From positions 1 to 57,020 of IMG/VR virus record IMGVR_UViG_3300037762_000135: a stretch of DNA of 57,020 bases. One strand, 5' to 3'. Both the position numbers and the translations under genes were made by a program. The DNA comes from a virus. Taxonomy: Duplodnaviria; Caudoviricetes. The first letter of the stretch is position 1. Each line of letters opens with the position of its first letter. The notes beneath the pieces were generated by a model. The model saw only the letters and a list, made by a program, of their open reading frames with translations, made no database searches and was not told the origin of the DNA. Shown piece after piece: positions 18,799-27,748 of the stretch.

Positions 18799-18981
18799 TT
18801 AGTTGCTGATTTCTTTTCTGTATGATTTTACGGCTTTTTGCAGAGCATTCCGCAAAGCGGCCAGCTCAAAATCATTGGCCTGTTCCTTTTCCATCTGGAG
18901 CATTTCAATAATGCGACCGATGTACGCTTCATCCTCATTTCGTAAATCCTGTGCGCTGCCCTTGTAGCCTATCTTATTCAT
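18799..18981 (-). CDS. Small helical protein, paralog of 19034-19231
   Basis: Shared pattern K(I/L)G(Y/F).G.A...I.R..EM.Q.....ND.ELA...Y. Confidence 0.65.
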   Translation of the reverse strand: MNKIGYKGSAQDLRNEDEAYIGRIIEMLQMEKEQANDFELAALRNALQKAVKSYRKEISN

Positions 18982-19033
18982 TTCAATTTCCTTTTGCCGC
19001 CTTCTTCTTGTTGGGAGGGGCGGGCCTCTTTCG

Positions 19034-19231
19034 TTATAGGCCGCGCAGCTGCCGTACTGTCTTTGTGTAATTCGCGCCAGCCTCTAGTAGATGGCTTGCC
19101 ATCACCGCCAGTTCTGTATCGTTGGAAACTTCCATATCATCCTGGAACATTTCCAACACGCGATTGATGGAATCGATAGATTCTTGCTTTAGTTGCCGTT
19201 CGGCTTCGCCATTAAATCCAAGCTTTTTCAT
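19034..19231 (-). CDS. Small helical protein, paralog of 18799-18981
   Basis: AAGGA RBS; similarity as above. Confidence 0.65.
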   Translation of the reverse strand: MKKLGFNGEAERQLKQESIDSINRVLEMFQDDMEVSNDTELAVMASHLLEAGANYTKTVRQLRGL

Positions 19232-19241
19232 TGTCTCGTCC

Positions 19242-19448
19242 TTACAGTTTAATTCCGTAATAATCAAGCAATCCGTCTACCAAATCTATTTCCAGTGAGC
19301 TAAGTTCAAAAAGTAAATCGCGTAACTGGGTGACCACTTCTACAGCTTCGTCCCGCACCGTTTCAGCTTCATCGGGAGAGTTGATAGCCGTGTACTGGAA
19401 GTATCTGATTGTGTTGTCCATGTCCAGTTCTGCTTGCTTTGCGTTCAT
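19242..19448 (-). CDS. Hypothetical acidic protein
   Basis: AAAGGA RBS. Confidence 0.55.
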   Translation of the reverse strand: MNAKQAELDMDNTIRYFQYTAINSPDEAETVRDEAVEVVTQLRDLLFELSSLEIDLVDGLLDYYGIKL

Positions 19449-19476
19449 CTTGTCTCGTTTCCTTTGGGTCTATGCC

Positions 19477-19493
19477 CTAGCCGGTGCTGTGCT
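19477..19493 (-). promoter_or_regulatory. 17-nt leader element AGCACAGCACCGGCTAG (second copy at 33241-33257, +)
   Basis: Exact repeat; both copies intergenic and oriented with transcription. Confidence 0.6.
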
Positions 19494-19511
19494 TGAGTTA
19501 TGAGAGTGTGT

Positions 19512-19796
19512 TTATTGTTTAATTTCTTGATGCCGTTCCCAGTGACACTTGCCACAAAGAGGAGTAACGTCTAACGGTTTATCATAATCCTCGTGATGAT
19601 AGAGGATTGCGCCGCTGCCGCATCTTGAACATTTGAGTTCTGCTGGTTTGTTAAGTTCACCGTTCCAAACTGCTTTGTTAACCAATCTACGGGCCACTCT
19701 GTTCTTTGCGGGCTCAAGGCAAACCTTGCAAACGTCAGCGCCTTTTTTGAAATAGTTATCATACTTTGTTTTATTGCATCTCGTACACGTTTTCAT
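19512..19796 (-). CDS. Zn-finger / HNH-like protein (leaderless)
   Basis: CxxC pairs; HHEDYDKPLDV..LC..CH motif. Confidence 0.7.
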   Translation of the reverse strand: MKTCTRCNKTKYDNYFKKGADVCKVCLEPAKNRVARRLVNKAVWNGELNKPAELKCSRCGSGAILYHHEDYDKPLDVTPLCGKCHWERHQEIKQ

Positions 19797-19803
19797 GCAA
19801 AGC

Positions 19804-19877
19804 AGTGTATCACCTTTCTATCTTGTTGTCAAGCTTTTAGACAAATAATTGACAGGACTTTAGAACCATGCTAGAAT
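19804..19877. promoter_or_regulatory. Divergent early promoters
   Basis: Minus: TTGACA(19827-32)-17-TACACT(19804-09); plus: TTGACA(19849-54)-17-TAGAAT(19872-77); ATGs lie 7 and 6 nt downstream. Confidence 0.85.
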
Positions 19878-19883
19878 TACCTT

Positions 19884-20099
19884 ATGAGCGAATTAACCAT
19901 TGACCATGCTGTTTTAGTAATCGGCGTTTCCAGGGCAACGATTTATAACTGGATTCAGGCGGGCCGCTTGCCTAGCACAAATGACGGCCGTACCATTATT
20001 GAAGCTGAACTAAAGCGGCAAGAGGAAAAACTCGCAGCGATGCGGGAAAAATACCACCTTTATGATGGCATCCCGGCCGCCTCTCAGTCCGAGGGGTAA
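19884..20099 (+). CDS. Excisionase-like / HTH_17 DNA-binding protein (Cro position)
   Basis: LT...A...GVSRATIYNWI..GRLP. Confidence 0.85.
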   Translation: MSELTIDHAVLVIGVSRATIYNWIQAGRLPSTNDGRTIIEAELKRQEEKLAAMREKYHLYDGIPAASQSEG

Positions 20100-20214
20100 C
20101 GGCCGTTTGCAGCGGCGGCGGGATTTCGGGCGGCATGGCCCCTCCTTTGCCCGCCGCCGTCCTTATCCTGGTGCCTGGCGGGGATTTTACACCCCGCCAG
20201 GCGAAGGCAACGCA

Positions 20215-20352
20215 ATGACACTAAACGGAGCATCACTAATAATTTACTGCCTCATAGGCGCGTCTTTTGTCGCGTCTATTTTTGTCATTGCCGCCGCGAT
20301 GATGTCCAGTCGGATGAGCGAGCGGGAAGCGCTGGAGTGTCCTGGTGAGTAA
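20215..20352 (+). CDS. Small membrane protein
   Basis: Single TM helix. Confidence 0.45.
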   Translation: MTLNGASLIIYCLIGASFVASIFVIAAAMMSSRMSEREALECPGE

Positions 20353-21010
20353 GCCTCGTTTGCTGGATTTATTTTCAGGAGCTGGTGGAGCTGGAATGGG
20401 CTATCACCGCGCCGGCTTCGATGTGACCGGCGTCGATATTAAGCCGATGAAACGTTATCCGTTTGAATTCGTGGAGGCGGACGCGCTTGAATATCTGGCG
20501 GCTCATGGTCATGAATACGATGTGATTCATGCAAGCCCGCCGTGCCAGTTTTACACAGAGCTGCCAGGTGATTTTTCTGACTATCCCGATTTGATTGCGG
20601 CCACCCGTGCCGCACTTCTCCTGATAGGCAAGCCGTACATTATCGAAAATGTTTCCGGCGCACGTCGGGAATTAAATCACCCGATTATGCTATGCGGTCA
20701 TCAATTTGGATTGAGAACGTATCGCCACCGACTTTTTGAAACGAAGCCGTTCTTGCTGGCTCCTCCTCATTTACCACACCCGGAAGCGTGCCCTCGCTCT
20801 GGTAGGGGTAGGAGTGAGAAGTACGGATTTATTAGCGTCACCGGGAACGGCGGTGCGCCAAATCTAGGTATGCCATATTTGGATTATGCAAGAGAGGCAA
20901 TGGGGATTGATTGGATGTCGCGGTCGGAATTAAGTCAATCAATCCCCCCCGCATACACTGAATTTATCGGCCGCCACATGATGGCTTACGTTTTGCAGGC
21001 GGTAACATGA
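20345..21010 (+). CDS. Short C5-cytosine DNA methyltransferase-like protein
   Basis: LDLFSGAGG, SPPCQ, IENV and R.R motifs; very short variable region. Confidence 0.8.
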   Translation: MSKPRLLDLFSGAGGAGMGYHRAGFDVTGVDIKPMKRYPFEFVEADALEYLAAHGHEYDVIHASPPCQFYTELPGDFSDYPDLIAATRAALLLIGKPYIIENVSGARRELNHPIMLCGHQFGLRTYRHRLFETKPFLLAPPHLPHPEACPRSGRGRSEKYGFISVTGNGGAPNLGMPYLDYAREAMGIDWMSRSELSQSIPPAYTEFIGRHMMAYVLQAVT

Positions 21011-22164
21011 CTAGCTCCCCCCACCCCGTCCACGTAGGCACCGGCCAGGAGTACCGCGTTATCTACAACAGCCTCTTCGACCTGTGGAATGATGACATCA
21101 TAGCGGAAGCGAAAATCAAAGCGGGCGTATGTCCCGACTGTGGCAATGATAAATGTATGGCAGATGGCGTCACGGGCCTGTGGTGCCCGAACTGTGACGC
21201 CAGTTATTTGTTGAACACGGAGGCTAACAATGAGCACGAAAACCAGAATCAGAAGCCAGATGTGGAGCAAGGAGCGTCTATACAGCGAAATGCAAAGAAT
21301 GGGATGGGAACCCGGCACGGTTGATGGCATTTTTGTCCACAAGAAGAGCGGCCGTGACATCGACATGATGAGCCGCAATCAGTTTGGGACGCTGTGGATA
21401 CAGTACGCAACGGCAAATATCACGCCGTCGCCTTTTTAGTGAGGTGCTCATGACAAAACAAGGACCAACACTTATAAAAGTTCCAACGGGTGTCACCTAC
21501 AACACCTGCTTTGATTGCCGGTATCTAAATAGAGTAATGGTGCGCAGCGGGCGTAATCCTGTGCACTCGAATAATTGTACTCATGACTACGACAACGAGG
21601 TCAAGGGACCGGGACCATACCCGGCAGAAATTCGTTTCATCTCTCAGGAAACACCGCCAATTACGCCGCATTGGTGTCCGATTTTAGCGGGGGGCTCATG
21701 AAATTCTATCGTCATTGCGAGCATTGCGGGAAGGAGATTGTACACGAATGGAACGGCCGTGAATCCTACGGCCAGTACAAGCCGCTGTGTGATGAGTGTG
21801 AGGCGGCGCACGAAATTGCACAAGGACACTTTTGCCCCGGCTGCGGCGTTCCCGTTGACGGAGAGGGTGAGCGGTGCCTGCGCTGTGTTGGTCAAAAATT
21901 TGATACCAGTGTGGCGCAAGGAAGTATCAGGAGAAAGTTGTAATGAGCAAGTCAGCAGTAGTAGAGATAGCAGTATTAATGTACGCAAATGAGCCGTGCA
22001 GAATATGCGGCGAGATTCTTACTCGTGACGATATAGTGGAGGATGGGGCCGTTTTTGCTGGATACAGTAGCGGGGATGAGGCCAGGTCTGCGCACAAATC
22101 GTGCTGGAATAAATACCCATCGCACGACGGGAAAACTCCCCGTCCTGAGTGGAGGTATCAGTAA
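21007..22164 (+). CDS. Cluster of small, mostly Cys-rich hypothetical genes (21007-21324, 21230-21439, 21450-21701, 21698-21943, 21943-22164)
   Basis: Overlapping starts and stops, RBSs, CxxC motifs. Confidence 0.5.
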
Positions 22165-22662
22165 ATGGCAAACTTCCAACTTGACCAACTACCGCCCGCC
22201 CACCGTGCCGAGGCTGCGCGTCAGATGGCAGATGACAACGAGCGCAAACGGCCGTCACGTGGCCCCGGCAAAACGGCGCTCCCTATCGTGCAGAATGGAC
22301 AACCTGTGACCCACCAGCCACGACGCCACAAATACAACGCCCAGGCCACGGAAATCGACGGCATACGCTTCGATTCCAAGCGAGAGGCCGAAAGATACCA
22401 GGAGTTGCTGCTACTCGCAGCAGCGGGCGAAATTCACGCCTTGTCGCTACAGCCGCGTTTTGAGTTGCAGCCGTCGTTTAAGCGTGAAGGGAAAACCATT
22501 CGCGCGATTCATTACGTGGCAGATTTCCAGTATGTGGAGAATGCGACCGACCGCCTTATTGTGGAAGAGGTCAAGGGTTTCAAGGGAAATCCAGTTTGGC
22601 GTCTTAAATACAAGCTGTTTCTGTACAGATACCCGAATGTCCACCTTGAAATAATTAGTTAA
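22165..22662 (+). CDS. DUF1064-family restriction-fold nuclease
   Basis: KYNA..TEIDGIRFDSK.EA.RY and YVADF..VEEVKG. Confidence 0.88.
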   Translation: MANFQLDQLPPAHRAEAARQMADDNERKRPSRGPGKTALPIVQNGQPVTHQPRRHKYNAQATEIDGIRFDSKREAERYQELLLLAAAGEIHALSLQPRFELQPSFKREGKTIRAIHYVADFQYVENATDRLIVEEVKGFKGNPVWRLKYKLFLYRYPNVHLEIIS

Positions 22663-22675
22663 CTTGATTGATATG

Positions 22676-22846
22676 TGCTATAATATACCTTGTCACACGA
22701 ACGGAAACGGGGCGCTTTTTGTTTCTAGCGCCGATGTTATGTTTGTCAATAACAGAATATCTTATTGGGTAAAGCACCCCGTAATAGTGGACTATCGTCC
22801 CGCCGTTCGTGTGACAACATCGGCAGCTATTACGGGGTGTTTTGTT
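22676..22846 (+). ncRNA. Structured attenuator / antisense-type leader with extended -10 promoter
   Basis: TGCTATAAT; 15-bp match 22690-22704 vs 22803-22817; hairpin 22774-22787/22827-22840 plus U-tract. Confidence 0.75.
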
Positions 22847-23719
22847 ATGAGCCGAGCAAGGTTCAGTCAAGAAAAAATCAGGAAATTTTACCAATGGTAT
22901 ACAGCTAGTCCCGAACGATCTATTCCTGACGCAATAGAAAGATTTGGGTTAGACATTACAAACTCAGGTCTAGCCATTAACTTTAAGAGGTTGGGGCTTG
23001 AAATAAAACCTAGAGGGGGAAGGGTTGGAAAACGGCGCGGAGAACGAATTACCTTAACTTGTGAGTGCTGCGGTTGCGAATTCCAGATTCTGGAATCTCA
23101 ATACCGGCAAAGGGTGAGCCGTCCGGGGGTTGATCGCATCCGCTTTTGTTCGCAGTTATGTATGGGATTTAATAATCGAAAGTCCGGAACATTTACAACG
23201 GTTATCTGCGATCAATGCGGAAAGCACTTCGGGAAAAGGACTGACAAACTAACAGATAAAAACTACTGCTGTGTTCAATGCCTAGGTAAATCTAAGCGGG
23301 TTGATGGGGCGTTGTGGCGAGATGAAAAGTATATAAAAAAATATATGCGGCAGTATAACCGCGAAAACAGGGAGCAACTAAGGAAAAGGAACCGAAAATA
23401 TATAAAGCAGAACCCCCACATCAAAAGAAAGGCCCAAAAGAAATACCGTGAAACGCATAAGGCATCTATAGCCTTTTGGGCTCGCGGCAGGCGTGCCAGG
23501 GTGAAGCAGGGCGAATTTTCTGAGCAGGCATGGCAAGATATGAAAGCAGGCGCTGATTATGCGTGCTTGTGTTGTGGGGAGCAGGAACCAGAAATTAAAC
23601 TAGAAATGGATCACGTTAAACCGCTGGCACTAGGTGGCAAACATTGTATCTCAAATATCCAGCCTCTTTGCCGTTCTTGTAATGCCAGTAAAGGCGCAAC
23701 CTATGCAGACTATAGATAA
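22847..23719 (+). CDS. HNH endonuclease with Zn-finger repeats
   Basis: C..CG..F...FCS..C repeats; DHVKPL..GG.H..SNIQPLC..CN..KG. Confidence 0.9.
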   Translation: MSRARFSQEKIRKFYQWYTASPERSIPDAIERFGLDITNSGLAINFKRLGLEIKPRGGRVGKRRGERITLTCECCGCEFQILESQYRQRVSRPGVDRIRFCSQLCMGFNNRKSGTFTTVICDQCGKHFGKRTDKLTDKNYCCVQCLGKSKRVDGALWRDEKYIKKYMRQYNRENREQLRKRNRKYIKQNPHIKRKAQKKYRETHKASIAFWARGRRARVKQGEFSEQAWQDMKAGADYACLCCGEQEPEIKLEMDHVKPLALGGKHCISNIQPLCRSCNASKGATYADYR

Positions 23720-23767
23720 GCTGTTCTTGTATCGGTACGGCCGTCAGGTTATTTTGAGGATTACCAA

Positions 23768-23998
23768 ATGAGAATCGCAGAGATAAAACTTATTTTTGAA
23801 CCGCGTGATTTGTGGATTGGCTTGTACTGGAACAAAGAAAAGATGCCCGGCGGCAAGCCCTGGGTATTGACGTTGTACCTTTGCCTAATCCCAATGCTGC
23901 CACTGCGAATTAAGTTGACGAATATGAAGCGGACCAGGCCAACGGGCGCAGATATTGAATGGGCGCAAAGAACGATTGACAAACTAGATCGCCCCTAA
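23768..23998 (+). CDS. Hypothetical protein (DLWIGLYW motif)
   Basis: GAGGA RBS. Confidence 0.6.
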   Translation: MRIAEIKLIFEPRDLWIGLYWNKEKMPGGKPWVLTLYLCLIPMLPLRIKLTNMKRTRPTGADIEWAQRTIDKLDRP

Positions 23999-24468
23999 CC
24001 CGCCTTCGGCCCTGGCTTCGGCGGGTTGGCTTCAAGGTAACCGTTCCTTTCTAGCCATTCGGTAATGACTTCACGAAAAAGGATTGAAAGCGTGGTGTTC
24101 CTGTCATCAACGGCAAGCAAGAAAGCAGCTTTTACTTCTTTGGGAACGGATGCGCCTAGAGAGGTTATACCGCTTCCGATGGATACGGGCGCGGCTTTCC
24201 TGTTCAGATTCGGGGAATATTTTTCAATTAAACTAAGCTCAGCATCTTCAAGCGCGTCGGGCGATAAAAGAATGTACTTGATTATCGGTGATGACAAACT
24301 AGAGAAGGCTTTGAAATTATGATGCCCGTTATACCGCAATCGCTCCCTAAGGTTTATGGATTTGCCAATATAGCAGAGGGTGTCCGCTTCGTAAATAAAA
24401 TACAGGCCGGACAATTCAGGCAGGCGGTCGCGCAACGCAAACGGGACGCTTCCATCAAAATCAGTCAT
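23995..24468 (-). CDS. GIY-YIG nuclease fused to a ribbon-helix-helix-like domain
   Basis: SGLYF...YIGKSINLRER..E..P.LN; C-terminal strand-helix-helix. Confidence 0.75.
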   Translation of the reverse strand: MTDFDGSVPFALRDRLPELSGLYFIYEADTLCYIGKSINLRERLRYNGHHNFKAFSSLSSPIIKYILLSPDALEDAELSLIEKYSPNLNRKAAPVSIGSGITSLGASVPKEVKAAFLLAVDDRNTTLSILFREVITEWLERNGYLEANPPKPGPKAG

Positions 24469-25027
24469 TGTCCACCTCTGCCAGTTCGTAAATGTCGCCA
24501 ATCTCAACACCCAGGGCGCGGCAAATGGAAATGATATGTTCAAACACCATACCCTTTGTATGCCCATTAACAATGTTGTGCATCGTTGATCGGCCTATCC
24601 CCGTTTCCTCTGAAAGTTGGGTGATAGATATTCCCCTGTCAAATAGCATTTGGGGCAAGTTGTTTCTAATGCCATCAATAATATCATTTCGTTTGTGGGA
24701 CTGTGTTGATCGTTTCCTTGGGGGCGGCGTTGTGCCGTTCATGGGGGGAGAAAAGCGGGTAATGTACGAGACTTCCCGTTTGGTCAAACAAGGTATATCT
24801 ATCAGCAAATAAGCAATTAAAGCCGATGGGATATTTTTAACTTCTGGATACCTGTGATGATTTTTAGATTTCCACCTAACAGCCAAGTCATAAGCCTGTC
24901 CGATGTACAGGACTTTATCACTGGCGATTACAAAATAAACGCCGGATTCGTTTGGCAGAGCATGGCGATCTTCAAAAGCGACCGCGCCGTCGAAGGGGAC
25001 AGGGATACCAAAGTCAATACTAATCAT
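24461..25027 (-). CDS. GIY-YIG nuclease fused to a Cro/C1-type HTH
   Basis: SGVYF...LYIGQA..L..RW..E...P.MN; RGISITQLSEETGIGRSTM...ICRALGV. Confidence 0.8.
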   Translation of the reverse strand: MISIDFGIPVPFDGAVAFEDRHALPNESGVYFVIASDKVLYIGQAYDLAVRWKSKNHHRYPEVKNIPSALIAYLLIDIPCLTKREVSYITRFSPPMNGTTPPPRKRSTQSHKRNDIIDGIRNNLPQMLFDRGISITQLSEETGIGRSTMHNIVNGHTKGMVFEHIISICRALGVEIGDIYELAEVDND

Positions 25028-25371
25028 ATCATCTGCTCCCTTAGCAACATTTCTATGTATCTATCCAAGGTCATGCCGGTTTCGGCCGATTTAGCCAAGG
25101 CAAAGCCGATAACATCCGAGGGGGCAGCTATTTCTATCTTTTGCAGTTCGTTGTCTGGCTTCTCTATTTCTTTACCAGGATTACGCTTGAAGCTCTTGAA
25201 TACTTCAAGGTCTGAACGCAAGATGGCCCACTCTCGCCCTACCTTGTGCGCTCTTAGTTTGCCCTGGTTAATCAACTGGATAATGCGGCCCTTGGATAGC
25301 TCTAACTCTTCCGACGCAGCAGTTACACCTAGTATTTCCATGAGGTTATTGTAGTGAATAGTTTTGTTCAT
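25024..25371 (-). CDS. HTH_17 DNA-binding protein (probably leaderless)
   Basis: AA.EL.LS.GRI.QLI..GKL.A.KVG.EW; TGGTACAAT 6 nt upstream of the ATG. Confidence 0.8.
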   Translation of the reverse strand: MNKTIHYNNLMEILGVTAASEELELSKGRIIQLINQGKLRAHKVGREWAILRSDLEVFKSFKRNPGKEIEKPDNELQKIEIAAPSDVIGFALAKSAETGMTLDRYIEMLLREQMI

Positions 25372-25396
25372 GAAAAGATTGTACCACAATTAGCTA

Positions 25397-25578
25397 TTGA
25401 CATCAATACCTATTCGTGATAATATCCCTATGTGGCTGTGGCAAGCCCCAAGGACAGGCAATGATTAACATTACACAGTCAACTAAAGCACCCTTTTTTC
25501 GGCCTATCCAGGCCACCTGTCCAATTGCCACGTTTCACTAAATGGTTTTTGGGTAGGTCGAAGAAAGGGTGTTTTTTT
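25397..25578 (+). ncRNA. Promoter plus structured attenuator / antisense-type leader
   Basis: TTGACA at 25397; 23-bp hairpin 25488-25510/25550-25572 plus U-tract; loop complementary to 25438-25444 and 25452-25458. Confidence 0.7.
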
Positions 25579-25597
25579 GTTTCTCTGGAGGCATGAC

Positions 25598-26885
25598 ATG
25601 GCACAGCAAAAAGTTTGTTACTCTCAATCAGCATCGGCGAAGCTGCCCCTCATCGACAACGATGTACAGCGGATGCTAGGTCGCAAGAATCCAGGCCAAT
25701 GGTTGCCGCACAATTATTCGAGCCAGTGGCACCGGCACGTCGGCAGCATCATGCTCAAGCCGGTTTCTGAGTGCAGCCACTGCTCACGCTGGGGGCAGAA
25801 ATGAAAGCAGATGCTGAATGGCTGAACGCGCTAGAGCGGGCAATCAGCCAGTACCTGGAAGAAAATCCCACGAATGGCGGCGCTTATGGCGACCGATGGC
25901 TGTTTGACCCCGTGACCGTGCCGAAACATTTACGGGATGGCATTATTTTTTATAGCACCGGCTGGGGCTGGCGGCTGCGCAATGGCTGGCAGGATGTATT
26001 GGCCACGAAGCAAGCCCACCCCGCCGAGGAGGCATGACATGAATGAACTTAGCGAAAAAGCGCAATCCTGGTTGGAGACATTGGGAAAATTTGAACCAGC
26101 GCGCCACGATGGGGAAATGCAAATGGTCGGCCATTGCACTGAAAAGATAGGTGGCCTGTTTCATACGTACCCCTGGTACATGCCTGCCGATGGATGGGTA
26201 GAACTTGCCGCCGTGTGCAACGAAATAGCCGGATGGTTGGAATTTCGCAATATGGCCCCTCAGGATGAAAACCAAAGGGATGAAAAGACATGGCAAAACA
26301 TGACGACAATCTGACATTCGAAGAAAAGCTTATGGTTCAAATCGCGTTTAACAAATCCGTTGGCGAGGATGACGCAGCTAGATACGCCGTGCATTTGCAA
26401 GAGAGTATTAACGGCTTGACGGCTAACCATGAGGCGTTTGTGGCGGAATACATAAGGCAACTAGACGAGTTGGCAACACTCCGCGCCGAAAACACCCGCC
26501 TTGACGCGGCGCTGGCTGACACGGCCGCGCAGTTGACGGATGCGGTGGAACGAGCGCGGGAGGCGGAAGCCTACGCGCAAGAATTAGAGCGCGAATTGTG
26601 GGGCATTGCAAAGGACCAAGCAGGCCCGCAGGCGCAGGCGGAATAGCACCACGAAAAAATGATAGTCACGAGGATAACATGACAGAAATTATCGCAGCAC
26701 TGCAAAATGAGATCGCGGCGGCTCAGAAGAAACGAGGTGATTTATATCGCTTCCATGAACTTGTAAAGCTAGACATCCGAGATTCGCACGTGTATACGCA
26801 ACTCGGCGGCTACATCCAAGGCCTAAACCAGGCGCTGTACCTGCTGACGCGGGAGCCGACGCGGGAGCTGGGGCAAGCATCATGA
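25598..26885 (+). CDS. Cluster of small hypothetical genes (25598-25804, 25801-26037, 26039-26314, 26290-26646, 26679-26885)
   Basis: RBSs and overlapping junctions. Confidence 0.55.
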
Positions 26886-27748
26886 CACAAACCTACGCGA
26901 TCAGCATAGGCCCAGCCCTAACAGAAAAGATTCAACCAATGTCTGCGTACTGGCCAAAATTCAATAGCTCATTCAAAAATAGAGAAGTGTCTCCCCCTGA
27001 ATTTGCAAACCTGGTATATGAGCATCATGCCTTCACGACGTGGCATAGCAATAATTGGCGAACCACTGATAATTATCTACAGGGGCAACACTTAGGGCTT
27101 GACTTCGATACGATGGATGAACAATCGTCTATTCCCGTATTGTTGGCAGATCCTTTCATCTCAAAATATGCCTCGCTGATTTACACAACCCCAAGCCACA
27201 CGCCAGATGCACCGCGCGCGCGCGTGGTTTTTTTGTTAGACCGACCCATACGCCAGGCCAAAAATTACGCCCTGTCCGCTACGGCCCTTCTGTGGCTGTT
27301 TGGGGGAACGGCCGACCGGCAATGCAAGGACGCCGTGCGCTTCTTTTACGGTGCACAGGTTGGCGGCGACATTGAATGGCTACCCAACATCCTCCCCCTT
27401 GGGATTATTAAGGACATGATCGCTAGATACAAGGCAACTGGCCAACAGCAAAAACGCACGGTGCAAAACTATCAGCCAACAAACGCAGATGAGAGAGAGG
27501 TACAGGACGCGCTTAAAATGATACCTCCCTGGGGGATTGACTATCAGGAATGGCTAATGGTGCTAATGGCTATTCACAGCGAGTTCCCCGGCTCAAACGG
27601 TTTGAGCATGGCAGAGAGTTGGGGGCAGGGTGCGCCCGGCGAAGTGTCTAAAAAATGGGCATCGTTCAAACCAACGGGCAACGAAGTGGGGACCGTGACG
27701 ATTAGGACATTGTTTAAGATCGCAATGGATCACGGATACAGCAAATGA
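26882..27748 (+). CDS. Primase-like protein (AEP-related) with PriCT-2 domain, no helicase
   Basis: LDFD, YTTPSH..PR.R motifs; DY.EW..V.MA.H...W..F PriCT-2 pattern. Confidence 0.75.
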   Translation: MTQTYAISIGPALTEKIQPMSAYWPKFNSSFKNREVSPPEFANLVYEHHAFTTWHSNNWRTTDNYLQGQHLGLDFDTMDEQSSIPVLLADPFISKYASLIYTTPSHTPDAPRARVVFLLDRPIRQAKNYALSATALLWLFGGTADRQCKDAVRFFYGAQVGGDIEWLPNILPLGIIKDMIARYKATGQQQKRTVQNYQPTNADEREVQDALKMIPPWGIDYQEWLMVLMAIHSEFPGSNGLSMAESWGQGAPGEVSKKWASFKPTGNEVGTVTIRTLFKIAMDHGYSK

